A stretch of DNA of 48,350 nt from an uncultured Cardiobacterium sp. (GCA_963523555.1 CAURDG010000001.1:1-48350), one strand, 5' to 3'. Counted from the stretch's first letter, positions 1-9,209 are shown. Numbers and translations: made by a program. The notes: generated by a model from the sequence alone, not told the origin.

Positions 1-235
1 CGATGTAGATTTGGTCGCCTTTTTTGCAGTATTGGCCGATGATTTCCGCCAGTTTTCGGAAGGCCACTGCGCGGTGCCATTCGGTCTTTTCGCGTTTTGC
101 GCCGGTGGTTTTGTCCGTCCAGCTTTCCGAGGTGGCAATGGATAGGTTTGCCACCGCTTCGCCGCTGGGCATGTAACGCATTTCCGGGTCGTTGCCGAGG
201 CGGCCAATAAGGATGACTTTGTTCACGCCTGCCAT
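1..235 (-). CDS. ssb: Single-stranded DNA-binding protein (5' part, runs off window)
   Basis: Manual translation [39 protein letters not shown]...TEWHR is a typical SSB N-terminus; absent from ORF track. Confidence 0.95.
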   Translation of the reverse strand, partial: MAGVNKVILIGRLGNDPEMRYMPSGEAVANLSIATSESWTDKTTGAKREKTEWHRAVAFRKLAEIIGQYCKKGDQIYI

Positions 236-237
236 AT

Positions 238-957
238 TTATTGCTCCTTCTTGGGTTGGGCGCCGATGGCGCGGTGAAAGCCGTTGCGCAGGCAGAAGCC
301 GATAAAATCGCCTGCCAGTCTCTGTACTTCTTCTGCCATGCCGGGATAGGGGCGGCAGGTCAGCGTATGCGCCGCCTTGATGGTCAGCACGTCGCCGTCT
401 TTGATTTCAAAGACGCGGTAGGTAAAACTGTGGGCACTGAAGGCGAGGCAGTAGATTTTCCACTGCACGCTCTGCATGTACCTCTCTGCTTCGAATTGGT
501 TTGAGGTGGTTTTGTAATCCATGACGGCCAGCCCCAGCACTTTGTCGGCTCGTGCCACCAGCACGGCGTCGCCATTGCCGGTCGTGATGGGCAGTTCTGC
601 CTTGATTTCATTGATGCCGCCTGATGCGGGAATACGGTCGATGCTGGCCGCATCCCACACAAAACCTAGGTGGCGGTAGCAGGGGATGTCCTCTTCGTCC
701 TCGTCGTAATACATGTCCTCAGCCGTCAGGCCACAAGTACCATATGGCACGCGTTTGGTTTCAATGCAGCCGAACCTAGCCTGCCGTTCGGCTTGTAGGG
801 TTTCGAGGATTTCATGCAGCGAAGTGCCGCGCCGCATGGCGTCGGTTTCTTCCCGCTCGCCGCTCAACTGGGCGGCGAGGCGGTCATAGTCCATCCAGTC
901 CTCGCTCAGGAAAAGGCGGTAGGCTTCTAGGGTGGTGGCGCTGATGCGGTAGGTCAT
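238..957 (-). CDS. PD-(D/E)XK (Cas4/RecB-like) exonuclease of recombination module
   Basis: RGTSLHE, ARAD...DYKT and Q..IY motifs; lies between AAA ATPase and ssb. Confidence 0.75.
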   Translation of the reverse strand: MTYRISATTLEAYRLFLSEDWMDYDRLAAQLSGEREETDAMRRGTSLHEILETLQAERQARFGCIETKRVPYGTCGLTAEDMYYDEDEEDIPCYRHLGFVWDAASIDRIPASGGINEIKAELPITTGNGDAVLVARADKVLGLAVMDYKTTSNQFEAERYMQSVQWKIYCLAFSAHSFTYRVFEIKDGDVLTIKAAHTLTCRPYPGMAEEVQRLAGDFIGFCLRNGFHRAIGAQPKKEQ

Positions 958-1892
958 ACCGGTATCTCCTCGTCGGCAGCATCAATGTACTGCCCGCCTT
1001 GGAATACCAGCGCCATTTCTTTCGCCCGGCGCGCAATCAGGGTTTTTATCTGCTTGGTAACGCCGTGACTTTCGTTGAGGCTTTCTTTGGTATTGATCAC
1101 CAGCTTGTTGATGGCCGCAGCATCCGGGGCGGTGTCAATCATCGCCTTCCAAGTGTTGATAAGGTCAACCGCCTGTTTCTGCGCCTCGCTTTGCGAGGCC
1201 AAGCGTTCGCGCGCTTCCGCCAATTTGTGACCGAGATAGTCCGGCGCTTCGGCGAGGTTGGGGACTGCCAGCGGCGGGAAACCGGCGCTGTTCTTGCCTA
1301 TCCACCGTTCTGTCGGTGAGAAGTCCAGTACTCGTGCGACGTGTCCTTCTTCGCGGTTCATGTAGTAGTAGCCGCAGAAGTCGGCCATCTTCATGACCTC
1401 GTCATAGGAACCGCCGATGATGTCCGGGCGAATAAAAGTGTTGTCGTTTTCGGTCTTCTCTTTTCCGTGGGCGATGAGGACCACGTCCAGCCCGCTTTGT
1501 TTCAGCGCTTTCACCCAGTTGCCAAACTGGAGCTTGAGCGCGCCAAAGCCTTGCAGGGACAGACCGCCGGTGTAGCGGTTGTGCATTTTGGGGTCACGCC
1601 GCAAGATGTCTTCGGCGAGGCGGTCAAGGCAGGCGCCGAGGGTGTCCACGATCACGGTCTTGTAGTCTTTGAGGTCGGCGGGGGTGATGGTTTCGACTTC
1701 TGCCCACGCTCTCACCGGGACGTAATCCTTGCGGTAGCCGCTACGGTGCGCGCCCGCGTCGAAGTCGAGCAAGAGCGGGGCGTTTGCGGTAAAGGCAAGC
1801 GAGGTTTTGCCGATACCCGGCTGGCCGTAAATTAGAGTGATGAGGGTGCCGATTTCTACCGGATCAGCAGCGGTCTTGATGTTGAGTGCCAT
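954..1892 (-). CDS. AAA_24 / Sak4-like phage recombination ATPase
   Basis: Walker A GQPGIGKT, LLLDFD, VIVDT, IAH, KN motifs; start taken at MALNIK. Confidence 0.8.
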   Translation of the reverse strand: MALNIKTAADPVEIGTLITLIYGQPGIGKTSLAFTANAPLLLDFDAGAHRSGYRKDYVPVRAWAEVETITPADLKDYKTVIVDTLGACLDRLAEDILRRDPKMHNRYTGGLSLQGFGALKLQFGNWVKALKQSGLDVVLIAHGKEKTENDNTFIRPDIIGGSYDEVMKMADFCGYYYMNREEGHVARVLDFSPTERWIGKNSAGFPPLAVPNLAEAPDYLGHKLAEARERLASQSEAQKQAVDLINTWKAMIDTAPDAAAINKLVINTKESLNESHGVTKQIKTLIARRAKEMALVFQGGQYIDAADEEIPV

Positions 1893-1893
1893 G

Positions 1894-2076
1894 TCAGTTT
1901 CCGTGTTGGTTAAGGCGGGTTTCAATGGTGCGCAGGGCGGCGCGGTATTGCGCGCGTTCCTGGGCGTTTTCGGTCATGTCGATAAGGTTCGACAGGTCGT
2001 AAGCGGCGGCCTGCAAAACTTCGCGGCCGCTGGATTGGGCGACGCTTGGCCCGTCAAAGAGGTGGTCGTAGTTCAT
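1894..2076 (-). CDS. Small hypothetical early protein
   Basis: Coupled ORF in the early-left operon. Confidence 0.5.
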   Translation of the reverse strand: MNYDHLFDGPSVAQSSGREVLQAAAYDLSNLIDMTENAQERAQYRAALRTIETRLNQHGN

Positions 2077-2339
2077 GCGGCCTTCCCTCCGTCCAGATAA
2101 GTGAGCAATTCTGCGAAGGTGGCAAATTCGGCTTTGTGGTTCTCGCTTCCGTTTCTGTAGTAAGCGGCATAGTTAAGCCCGTCGCTGTATTCGCCCATCG
2201 TGATATAGAGCGTGTGATCGTCTGCGTAGGTGATATGGGCGTTTGCGTGGGTGTCGTGATATTGCGCTGTGAAGCAGGTGGCATTGGGGAAATGCTCGCG
2301 CAGGGCCCCAATGTCGCGGTCGTATTTGCGGGTGATCAT
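2073..2339 (-). CDS. Hypothetical early protein
   Basis: Start/stop overlaps with neighbours; SD GGAGAG. Confidence 0.6.
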   Translation of the reverse strand: MITRKYDRDIGALREHFPNATCFTAQYHDTHANAHITYADDHTLYITMGEYSDGLNYAAYYRNGSENHKAEFATFAELLTYLDGGKAA

Positions 2340-2647
2340 AGGCTCTCTCCTTCTTTTTCGATGATTGCTTCCGCCTGTACGCGGATGGACTCTTTCATGT
2401 CGGCGGGGTCGCGATAGCCGTAAAAGATAGACTTGCCCACCCCATGCTTTTCCTCTATTTCATCCAGCAGGGAAAAGCGGCATTCTTCCGCCGTGAACTC
2501 CGCCTCGATCTGATGATGTCCGCAGAAGTGGGCGGTGAATTTGGCATGTGTCGGTGTCAGGGTTACGCACATGTGCGTGGTCTTTGCTACTGTTGGCGAA
2601 AACAGTTTGATGAGTTCGCAGGCGGCGCTGACGTAAGTGATGTTCAT
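2336..2647 (-). CDS. Hypothetical early protein
   Basis: MNITYVSAA start with AAGGAG SD; coupled to downstream ORF. Confidence 0.6.
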   Translation of the reverse strand: MNITYVSAACELIKLFSPTVAKTTHMCVTLTPTHAKFTAHFCGHHQIEAEFTAEECRFSLLDEIEEKHGVGKSIFYGYRDPADMKESIRVQAEAIIEKEGESL

Positions 2648-2868
2648 GGGTGTCTCCTTTTCCCCGCACAGGCGGGGGTGTAGTGGGCGGCACACTCGTG
2701 CCGTATTTGTTCGGGGGTAAGGCGCGGGGCGTGGTCTACTTCCCACACCGCTGCGTCGAGTAATGAACCGAAGAAGAGGAAACCAGCGGCGGCAAGTGCC
2801 AGTGCAGTGAGGATGTGGCTTAGGCGTAGCATTTCGGCGGCTCCCATACACACCCACCAACCGCGCAA
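2644..2868 (-). CDS. Small membrane protein
   Basis: One hydrophobic segment; stop overlaps next start; start uncertain. Confidence 0.45.
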   Translation of the reverse strand: MRGWWVCMGAAEMLRLSHILTALALAAAGFLFFGSLLDAAVWEVDHAPRLTPEQIRHECAAHYTPACAGKRRHP

Positions 2869-3161
2869 TAAACGTCTTCCGGGAATTGCAGGTGGCTGCG
2901 GGTGTATTCCCGCAAGATAAATTCCGCCCCTTCTTCCGGTGTTTCCCCGTCGTCAGGGAAGGCGTCGAGGATGACCGGACGCTTGTCCGTGCGCTCGATG
3001 GTCATCACCGGACCATCGAAGGTGAAGGTAACGCGACGGTTTTCGCTACCGTCGCACCACAACTCGGCGCTGTGGTCGCTGTAGCGGTGGATGTTGTCGT
3101 AGATGCCGAGGCGGTCGGCTACCGTAATGATGTCTGCGAGCGTGATTCTTTGTTGTCCCAT
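2820..3161 (-). CDS. Hypothetical protein, first gene of the PL operon
   Basis: GGGAGAG SD; directly downstream of the predicted PL. Confidence 0.6.
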   Translation of the reverse strand: MGQQRITLADIITVADRLGIYDNIHRYSDHSAELWCDGSENRRVTFTFDGPVMTIERTDKRPVILDAFPDDGETPEEGAEFILREYTRSHLQFPEDVYCAVGGCVWEPPKCYA

Positions 3162-3205
3162 CTTTCTCTCCCGCCCCGTGGGGCATTGTTCGTTTTGATG
3201 GGGGT

Positions 3206-3311
3206 ATTTTAGGAAAACCTAAAGACGGATGCAAGGGATACTTTAGGAATACCTAAAATATTTCCTTAACGCATTATTTTTGAAAGGGTAAATTCTTTAG
3301 GTTTTGCTACG
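3206..3311 (-). promoter_or_regulatory. PL promoter and OL operators
   Basis: Minus-strand TTGCAT(3234-3229)-17 bp-TAAAAT(3211-3206); palindromes TTTAGG-N4-CCTAAA at 3208-3223 and 3242-3257, degenerate copy at 3296-3311. Confidence 0.8.
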
Positions 3312-3341
3312 GCGCGGCGTAGCAAGCATGCGTGGATAACG

Positions 3342-3364
3342 AAAAAAGCCGCCTCACGGGCGGT
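3342..3364 (-). terminator. Rho-independent terminator, minus strand
   Basis: AAAAAAGCCGCC-TCAC-GGGCGGT hairpin with U-tract on the minus strand. Confidence 0.55.
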
Positions 3365-3487
3365 CAAATCATCATCAAATCCTGAAACCCGCGCGGGTAC
3401 GGGGCGCGGTTACGATTTGGCATATTATTTGCTTTACATCATAAAGCGCGCATTATACGTGCATAGATGCAAAAGCAAGGAATAAAA

Positions 3488-4519
3488 ATGAACAAAGAAA
3501 TAACTGGCCGCGCGCGTGGCGGCAAGGCAAAAAACGAGAAAATGAGCGCTGAAGAGCGCAAGGCTGCATCTGCAAAGATGCTGGAAGCGAAGCAGGAGAA
3601 GGCGATGCTGCCGAAGGTCATACACAAGAAGTTGCCGCTGCAACTGGGAGATACACAAATCCCCTGCGCTGTTATCCAGGATGGCAAAACAGGAGAAATC
3701 CGCCGTGTATTGACTGAAAACGGCATATTGACGGCCATCTATGGGCGTGCTGGTATGGCGTCCGGAGCATCCAAGCGGAGCAAGGAGAAAGCGCTGAACG
3801 AAGGAACGGCCCCCATGCCGCTTTTCCTCTCACCGGAGAGGCTTAGACCGTTGATTTTGACAAACAAAAATGCGTCGGCCCTGCTGGAGAAGATTGAATA
3901 TCTGGATGAGCATGAAATTGTGAAAGGATACGATGCCTCAATCCTGCCAACGGTTTGCGAAATATGGTTGCAGGCGAGGGAACAGGGAATTTTGCAGCAG
4001 CAACAACAGGGGCGGGCACAGAAAGCAGAGATTTTGATGCGCGCTTTGGCTCATGTAGGTGTTGTTGCTTTGGTAGATGAGGCGACCGGTTATCAAGACG
4101 CGAGAGCCAAAGATGCACTGGCAAAAATTCTTGAGGAGTTCGTTGCCAAAGAATTGCAGCCGTGGGTTAAAACCTTTCCTGTAGATTATTACAAGGAGCT
4201 TTGCCGCCTGCACGGTTTGCCTTTTCCGCCACCACAAAGTAACAAATTCCCGCAGTTCTTTGGGCATATTACCAATAATGCCATTTACGAACGGCTTGCC
4301 CCCAATCTTTTGCCGGAATTAAAGCGCGCTGCGAGCAAAGAAGAAAAGAAGGCAAAGTTGCACCAATTTTTGACACATGAGATAGGGCATCCGAAATTAC
4401 GCGAACATCTTGCGTCAGTCGTAACTATTCTTAAACTGTCGAAAGACAAGGATGATTTTTACAGAATGCTGGAAATAGCGCATCCAAAAATCGATACAAA
4501 CCTCAAATTGTCGTTATAA
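3488..4519 (+). CDS. P63C domain protein
   Basis: ALAHVGVVALVDEATGYQ..RAKDALAKILEEFVAKELQPWVKTFP..YY motif. Confidence 0.85.
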   Translation: MNKEITGRARGGKAKNEKMSAEERKAASAKMLEAKQEKAMLPKVIHKKLPLQLGDTQIPCAVIQDGKTGEIRRVLTENGILTAIYGRAGMASGASKRSKEKALNEGTAPMPLFLSPERLRPLILTNKNASALLEKIEYLDEHEIVKGYDASILPTVCEIWLQAREQGILQQQQQGRAQKAEILMRALAHVGVVALVDEATGYQDARAKDALAKILEEFVAKELQPWVKTFPVDYYKELCRLHGLPFPPPQSNKFPQFFGHITNNAIYERLAPNLLPELKRAASKEEKKAKLHQFLTHEIGHPKLREHLASVVTILKLSKDKDDFYRMLEIAHPKIDTNLKLSL

Positions 4520-4531
4520 AAGCCGAAGGTT

Positions 4532-5287
4532 TCAGGCGGCAAGCGCTTCGCGTAAATCTGGTGCGTTAATGGTGCGGATATTGGTTACAGCGGCGAGCAG
4601 GGTGCTTGCCTCGCCGAAGTCTGCCGTGCCGTCTTCAAGGAAGGCAAGGCGGTGGTTCGGGTCATCGTTAAGCTTTACGTCGCTGAATTTGCCATGTACT
4701 TGATAAACGGCAGACCAATCAAGTTTGTCGCCATCTTTGGCGACGGTTTCGATATAGGTCAGGTTGCCGTCGGTTTTTTTGACGGCGAAGGGAAATCGCA
4801 CATCATGGCCGCTGATGCCTTTGACGCTGTGGTTTTGTATGACACGGTCGGGCATGAGTCGTAACAAGGTACGTTCAACGCTGGCTTTGAAGCGTGCGTG
4901 ATTGAATTTCGGCAGCCATTTTTCGTAGCGAAAGGAAAGGGAAAGCGCCAGCTTGGTAGCGTCAAACAGGGCGTCTTGTAGGTCGTCTATGTCGCCGTGC
5001 GCCTGTATTTCGCCGCTCTCGTCAAACCGCGCCAAACGGACGCCGCTGGTTTCGTTCAAGCTGCGGATTTTGTCTTTGTTCAAGGTTGCGCCCATCGCGC
5101 TTGCCAGCATGGCATGGTCGGCGTTGTCGCAGAGGTAGAAGCCGTTGTCGGTAAGGAACAGGGAAAAGGCAATGCAGGTGCCGTCATCGCCAAAGACAAA
5201 TGGCGAGGAGACGCGCGCCGCATTCTCACCCGCCTGAATCATTTGCCAGGCTGTGAGTGCTTGCAGTTGTTCGTGAAAGTGCTTCAT
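4532..5287 (-). CDS. DUF1828/DUF1829-like protein with C-terminal restriction-endonuclease-like fold
   Basis: SPFVFGDDG..I.F, LCDN and VKGISGHDVRFPF motifs. Confidence 0.7.
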   Translation of the reverse strand: MKHFHEQLQALTAWQMIQAGENAARVSSPFVFGDDGTCIAFSLFLTDNGFYLCDNADHAMLASAMGATLNKDKIRSLNETSGVRLARFDESGEIQAHGDIDDLQDALFDATKLALSLSFRYEKWLPKFNHARFKASVERTLLRLMPDRVIQNHSVKGISGHDVRFPFAVKKTDGNLTYIETVAKDGDKLDWSAVYQVHGKFSDVKLNDDPNHRLAFLEDGTADFGEASTLLAAVTNIRTINAPDLREALAA

Positions 5288-5805
5288 AGTGGCAGGGCGT
5301 ATTGTTCTGATGGTACGGGCTTGATGCCGCCTGGAATGGTGATGTGGCTTTCTTGCAGGAATGCTTTGATTATCCCCTCGGCACTGGTATCGGTCAAGGT
5401 GAGTGGTTCTGCATAGCCATCACCTTCTGCAACCCAAAAGTGGCGGTGCAGCCCGCTGATGCTTTGCCGGTAATACGGCAGCCCAGCGCCCACGCGGTTG
5501 TAATGAAAGCGGTCAGCGAGGTCATAGGCAAGCAGGCGATGTTTGGCAAGATATAACCCGACGCTGACGTGTTCGCTACGCACCAGCAGCGCCCCGTTTA
5601 TTTGTTGCGTGATGCGTCCGCGATATTGGGCGCGAAAGTATAAATCTTCGCGGATTTCATTTTCTATTTTCAGTGCTGTGCTGTAATTGAAATATTTGGG
5701 ATTGTGCTTGGCGGGGTTTTCAATCCATTTCATTCCCTGCACGGTTGTTTTATTTGTCGCAATAATTGCCCGTACTTCGGCAAGTGTGGGTTGTGCCTTG
5801 TCCAT
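5284..5805 (-). CDS. DUF6978-like protein, partner of the DUF1828 protein
   Basis: H.N...I.G.H.H.W..EG..YA.P motif; ATGA-coupled to the DUF1828 gene. Confidence 0.6.
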   Translation of the reverse strand: MDKAQPTLAEVRAIIATNKTTVQGMKWIENPAKHNPKYFNYSTALKIENEIREDLYFRAQYRGRITQQINGALLVRSEHVSVGLYLAKHRLLAYDLADRFHYNRVGAGLPYYRQSISGLHRHFWVAEGDGYAEPLTLTDTSAEGIIKAFLQESHITIPGGIKPVPSEQYALPL

Positions 5806-5850
5806 AGGCTTCCTTAGTGTTAATGATTACATCGCGGGCTGCCGTAGGCT

Positions 5851-6051
5851 TCACCGCTGCCCAAACAGGGAGATTGCGCCCATGAGCTTGTAGAAAACGA
5901 AGACAAAGAACAGCAGAAACCCTGCGTCAATAGCCAGGGTTTTCCACCAGTTTGTAATTTCCTGATTTCCACAGTTACGGCATTCGTAGTAATAATGCTT
6001 TAGCGGGTAGTTACATTGAGGACAGCGTGTGTAATTAAATGAAAGTTTCAT
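5851..6051 (-). CDS. Small zinc-ribbon membrane protein
   Basis: CPQC/CRNC pairs and C-terminal hydrophobic helix; AAGGAG SD. Confidence 0.65.
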   Translation of the reverse strand: MKLSFNYTRCPQCNYPLKHYYYECRNCGNQEITNWWKTLAIDAGFLLFFVFVFYKLMGAISLFGQR

Positions 6052-6061
6052 GTTTTCTCCT

Positions 6062-6748
6062 TTATCTTAGCATTACTGCATACCAGAAAACTTTACCGAT
6101 AATATGAATATCGGACATGGATTCTGGTGGCACAATTTCTTCTGGATATTCTTCCTTGTTATAGCTCACTATTCTTAATCCTCCCTGCGGCGTGTGGTAA
6201 AGCAATTTTACGCGCAACATATCGTTTTGGCGGAAGGCATATATTTTTCCGCTTTTGATTGTTGTATCTCCTCTATCGATACCAATAGTTGCGCCATCCG
6301 CAATAGTTGGTTCCATGCTGGTACCCTGGACAGTGGCAGTTACAACCATTTCCGGGGTTACGCCAAAATTTTTTAGGGAACGTTTTGAAAAACGTAATTT
6401 TCTTCTGGTGTGTTCATAAGTGGGGGCTATTTCGCCTACCCCTGCGGCAAGCCCTATATCCTTGAAAAATTCCGCTTCGATTTCGTCATCATCTAGCGGC
6501 GTATCGTCATCCCAAACGTCAAACCCATCTCCAAGTTCTACTTCATCTTTCTCGCCATATAGCAGGTGATTAACGGATACCCGCAAGACGCTGGCGAGTT
6601 TCGCGGCGTTATCAGCCTTTAAGGCGTGGTTGTCGCTCTCCCAGTTGGAGATGGTGACGTTGCTGACGCCTACGGCTTTTGCCAAAGCAACTTGGCTTAA
6701 TCCGATTTTTTCGCGTGCTTGGCGGATTCTGGCTCCGGTTGTGTTCAT
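6062..6748 (-). CDS. cI: CI-like repressor (XRE HTH plus S24 peptidase)
   Basis: HTH SQVALAKAVGVSNVTISNWE, AG cleavage site, SMEP and VK catalytic motifs. Confidence 0.95.
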   Translation of the reverse strand: MNTTGARIRQAREKIGLSQVALAKAVGVSNVTISNWESDNHALKADNAAKLASVLRVSVNHLLYGEKDEVELGDGFDVWDDDTPLDDDEIEAEFFKDIGLAAGVGEIAPTYEHTRRKLRFSKRSLKNFGVTPEMVVTATVQGTSMEPTIADGATIGIDRGDTTIKSGKIYAFRQNDMLRVKLLYHTPQGGLRIVSYNKEEYPEEIVPPESMSDIHIIGKVFWYAVMLR

Positions 6749-6762
6749 GATGTGTGCTCCTG

Positions 6763-6827
6763 TTTAAGAAATCTTAAATCGGCTTGCACAAAGTTATCCT
6801 AAACTTTATACTTTAGGAAATCCTAAA
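6763..6827 (+). promoter_or_regulatory. OR operators and PR promoter
   Basis: TTTAAGAAATCTTAAA (6763-6778), degenerate site (6788-6803), TTTAGGAAATCCTAAA (6812-6827); TTGCAC(6784)-17 bp-TATACT(6807). Confidence 0.85.
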
Positions 6828-6847
6828 GGTGGAAAAGCAGGTAAACC

Positions 6848-7075
6848 ATGAAAAAAGCTGATGCAATCAAACACTTCGGCACGCGAACCAAAATCGCAGA
6901 GGTGTTGGGGATTAGCCCGGCATCTATTAGCGGGTGGGGCGAACTGGTGCCAGAGAAGAATGCCGCACGTTTGGCGATCGCTTCTGATGGTGCGCTGGTG
7001 TATGAGCCCCGCGTTTATGACGCCTATCGCTCACGCAAGCCCGCTATCCCCGAACCCGCCGAAGCGGAGGTCTGA
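6848..7075 (+). CDS. cro: Cro-like repressor
   Basis: MKKADAIKHFG..KIAEVLGISPASISGWGELVPE; divergent from cI. Confidence 0.9.
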   Translation: MKKADAIKHFGTRTKIAEVLGISPASISGWGELVPEKNAARLAIASDGALVYEPRVYDAYRSRKPAIPEPAEAEV

Positions 7076-7077
7076 CC

Positions 7078-7248
7078 GTGGGCGCAAGGGAAGAAAAGCT
7101 GCTGCTGCGCCTGCCGGGCGCGCTCAAGGAGCGGCTGAAGGCACAGGCAGAGAGAAACCGGCGCTCGCTCAACAGCGAGATTGTCGTGATTTTGGAGTCG
7201 CAATCCCTTTGGAACAGGAAACAATTTTTAGCCGGAGAAGAGAAATGA
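7078..7248 (+). CDS. Arc-family ribbon-helix-helix regulator (56 aa)
   Basis: Manual translation MGAREEKLLLRLPGALKERLKAQAERNRRSLNSEIVVILE; GGAGG SD; below the ORF-track cutoff. Confidence 0.8.
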   Translation: MGAREEKLLLRLPGALKERLKAQAERNRRSLNSEIVVILESQSLWNRKQFLAGEEK

Positions 7249-7514
7249 ACTTACTGGAACCTATCGACGCCCGCGATTTTGCGGAATTTGGACGCAACAA
7301 CGGCGCGGAGGTCATCGCCGCGCTGAACATCATCAAGGCAATCCATGCCGCAGGATTGAACCGCTATGCGGTCGTGCGCGCCCTGGTGGATTTGACCGAC
7401 GCCGGCTACAACGGCTCAGGCGGTGGCGCGTTCAGTCTTGACCCGCTTGATGACACCAAGGGCTGCGATTTCCTCAGGCATCAGTCTGAGTATCTCCTGC
7501 TTCAAGCGTCTTAA
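7245..7514 (+). CDS. Hypothetical protein
   Basis: ATGA-coupled to the Arc-like ORF. Confidence 0.55.
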   Translation: MNLLEPIDARDFAEFGRNNGAEVIAALNIIKAIHAAGLNRYAVVRALVDLTDAGYNGSGGGAFSLDPLDDTKGCDFLRHQSEYLLLQAS

Positions 7515-7622
7515 TCCCTTTGGATCAGGGTCTGTTTTTAAACCTTCATTTTTTCTTCAAAGGTCATGCCGTGCTTCCTTTAGGGGTGGTATCGCCATGA
7601 TAGCAGAAAAGGAGATTTTACC

Positions 7623-8060
7623 GTGTCCGTAAGTAGATGCCCCGTCTGCGGGGAGCGGCTGATGTACCGCACACGCATCACCATTGACCCTTACGGCTAT
7701 TCGTCGGCTTGGGTCTGCCCGGTGTGCGAGCAAGAAAAAAGCCGCCCGGAGGCGGCTATCGAAACGAGAGCAGATGGGCTGCACTCAAAAAGGAGGAAGC
7801 AGATTATGACTGAAAGAAGCGATGAATACAAGCACCTGCGCAGTTTTGCGGATGCGGTTCCGCCACGAGGCTGCCAATTTCTGGCAGTTGGCCGGGGATG
7901 CTACGGGGCATTCCGTGTGCGCGAATCGGGGCTGGTGACCAAGGCTGAAAAACCTTGGTCGATTGTCACGAAAGACGAGGAGCTGCGCGGGGTGTTTGAG
8001 CCGCTTGGCTTTTCGCACTGGATTCCGCTGGATGATGCCAGCTTTTGGGGGGAAGCATGA
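7623..8060 (+). CDS. Hypothetical protein with N-terminal CPVC pairs; may start at 7806
   Basis: ORF with AAGGAG SD; strong internal SD AGGAGG before MTERS. Confidence 0.45.
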   Translation: MSVSRCPVCGERLMYRTRITIDPYGYSSAWVCPVCEQEKSRPEAAIETRADGLHSKRRKQIMTERSDEYKHLRSFADAVPPRGCQFLAVGRGCYGAFRVRESGLVTKAEKPWSIVTKDEELRGVFEPLGFSHWIPLDDASFWGEA

Positions 8061-8081
8061 CCCAAAGCGCACGCGGGCAAA

Positions 8082-8399
8082 TCAACGTATTGCTTGGGAG
8101 AAGAGCACCCCAAGCATCGTCCAGTTCATCACTAATGCGACGTAATCGCCGCGTATCACTTGGGATTTGAAGATGAAAAAACCTGTATTGACGACGACAT
8201 TCACGGCAAAGACCGGGAAAACCCATGCAGGGGCGGCGACCACGGCGATAACCAGGAAGAACAGAAGTAGTGTGCTGATTATGGTTTCTGCCTGCGCTTC
8301 CCTGCTGCTGTTTTTGGTGAGCTGGTGGACGGCACCAGCCAACCCGATCAATGCCAGCACGATGGTGGCGACACCCGATGCGGCGCTTATATCCGGCAT
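8082..8399 (-). CDS. Counter-oriented multi-pass membrane protein (moron)
   Basis: AGGAGG SD; 3-4 hydrophobic helices. Confidence 0.65.
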   Translation of the reverse strand: MPDISAASGVATIVLALIGLAGAVHQLTKNSSREAQAETIISTLLLFFLVIAVVAAPAWVFPVFAVNVVVNTGFFIFKSQVIRGDYVALVMNWTMLGVLFSQAIR

Positions 8400-8506
8400 A
8401 GATCACCTCCTGTTTCAGGTTCGGGTAATGCGCGTGACCACACTGTGCGCATTGCTCACTGTGATTTTAAGCCAGGTGTACGTCATGCGGCTAGAGGGCA
8501 GAAAAG

Positions 8507-8788
8507 ATGACTAGAAGCGAACATGCGCGCGTAACCAGCTGGATACGCGCCAAGTACAAAGAGACGGGCAAATACCCGTCGCATGAAGACATCCTGCTGC
8601 GAATGCTGCAAGAGGCGCGGGAAGTCACCTATTTGGACGCGGTGGAGTACGGGCTGGGCTCTACGTTTCGCAGCCGCCTCAGTGACCTGCGCAAGCTGCA
8701 CAGCATTATCAGTTACGACAAGAGCGTGCCGACGAGATACGGCACGAAGGCAACGGTTAAGGCGCATCGCCTGGGAGGTTTGTTGTGA
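8507..8788 (+). CDS. Winged-helix phage protein
   Basis: VTYLDAVEYGLGSTFRSRLSDLRK motif. Confidence 0.6.
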   Translation: MTRSEHARVTSWIRAKYKETGKYPSHEDILLRMLQEAREVTYLDAVEYGLGSTFRSRLSDLRKLHSIISYDKSVPTRYGTKATVKAHRLGGLL

Positions 8789-8838
8789 GCATGATGTTGA
8801 TGGTGCAGGCGCTGAAAGCCAAAGGAGGCGCGCAATGA
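8785..8838 (+). pseudogene. N-terminal remnant of a different replication initiator
   Basis: MSMMLMVQALKAK resembles the MSMxLMVxAMK N-terminus of HTH phage replication proteins; stops after 17 codons. Confidence 0.45.
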
Positions 8839-9209
8839 GTAAAAAAATCAGCGCAAGGAAGAAGGCGCAAATCATCTCCAAGACGGACGGACGTTGTGCG
8901 TATTGCGGCATTGAGCTTTTCGATGATGACGACTCAACAGGAACGGGGATGACCGTTGACCATTTAACACCCAAAAGCCGTGGCGGTACGGAAGAGCTTG
9001 GGAATCTGGTGTTGTGTTGCCGTTCTTGCAATTCGACCAAAGGAAGCAAAACGCTTGAAGAATACCGCATCTGGTTCACATGGATAGATGTTTGCCGTGA
9101 AGGCGGTTTTAGTTTGTCGCAACTGAACTGGCTGCATAACAACACCGACCTCAAACAGCGCTTCCCGCGCAAGGCTGCAAGGTTCTTCTTCGAGGGAGCA
9201 GAGCAATGA
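8835..9209 (+). CDS. HNH endonuclease
   Basis: CAYCG...TVDHLTPKSRGG...NLVLCCRSCNSTKG. Confidence 0.9.
   Translation: MSKKISARKKAQIISKTDGRCAYCGIELFDDDDSTGTGMTVDHLTPKSRGGTEELGNLVLCCRSCNSTKGSKTLEEYRIWFTWIDVCREGGFSLSQLNWLHNNTDLKQRFPRKAARFFFEGAEQ

Noticed and set aside
238..957. Cas4-like nuclease as evidence of CRISPR-Cas
   Set aside because: No array or other cas genes; context is a phage ssb/Sak4 recombination module
7415..7600. Minus-strand ORF interrupted by a TGA (MAIPPLKEARHDL*RKNEGLK...)
   Set aside because: Short, no recognisable family, overlaps a plus-strand ORF; too weak to call a pseudogene
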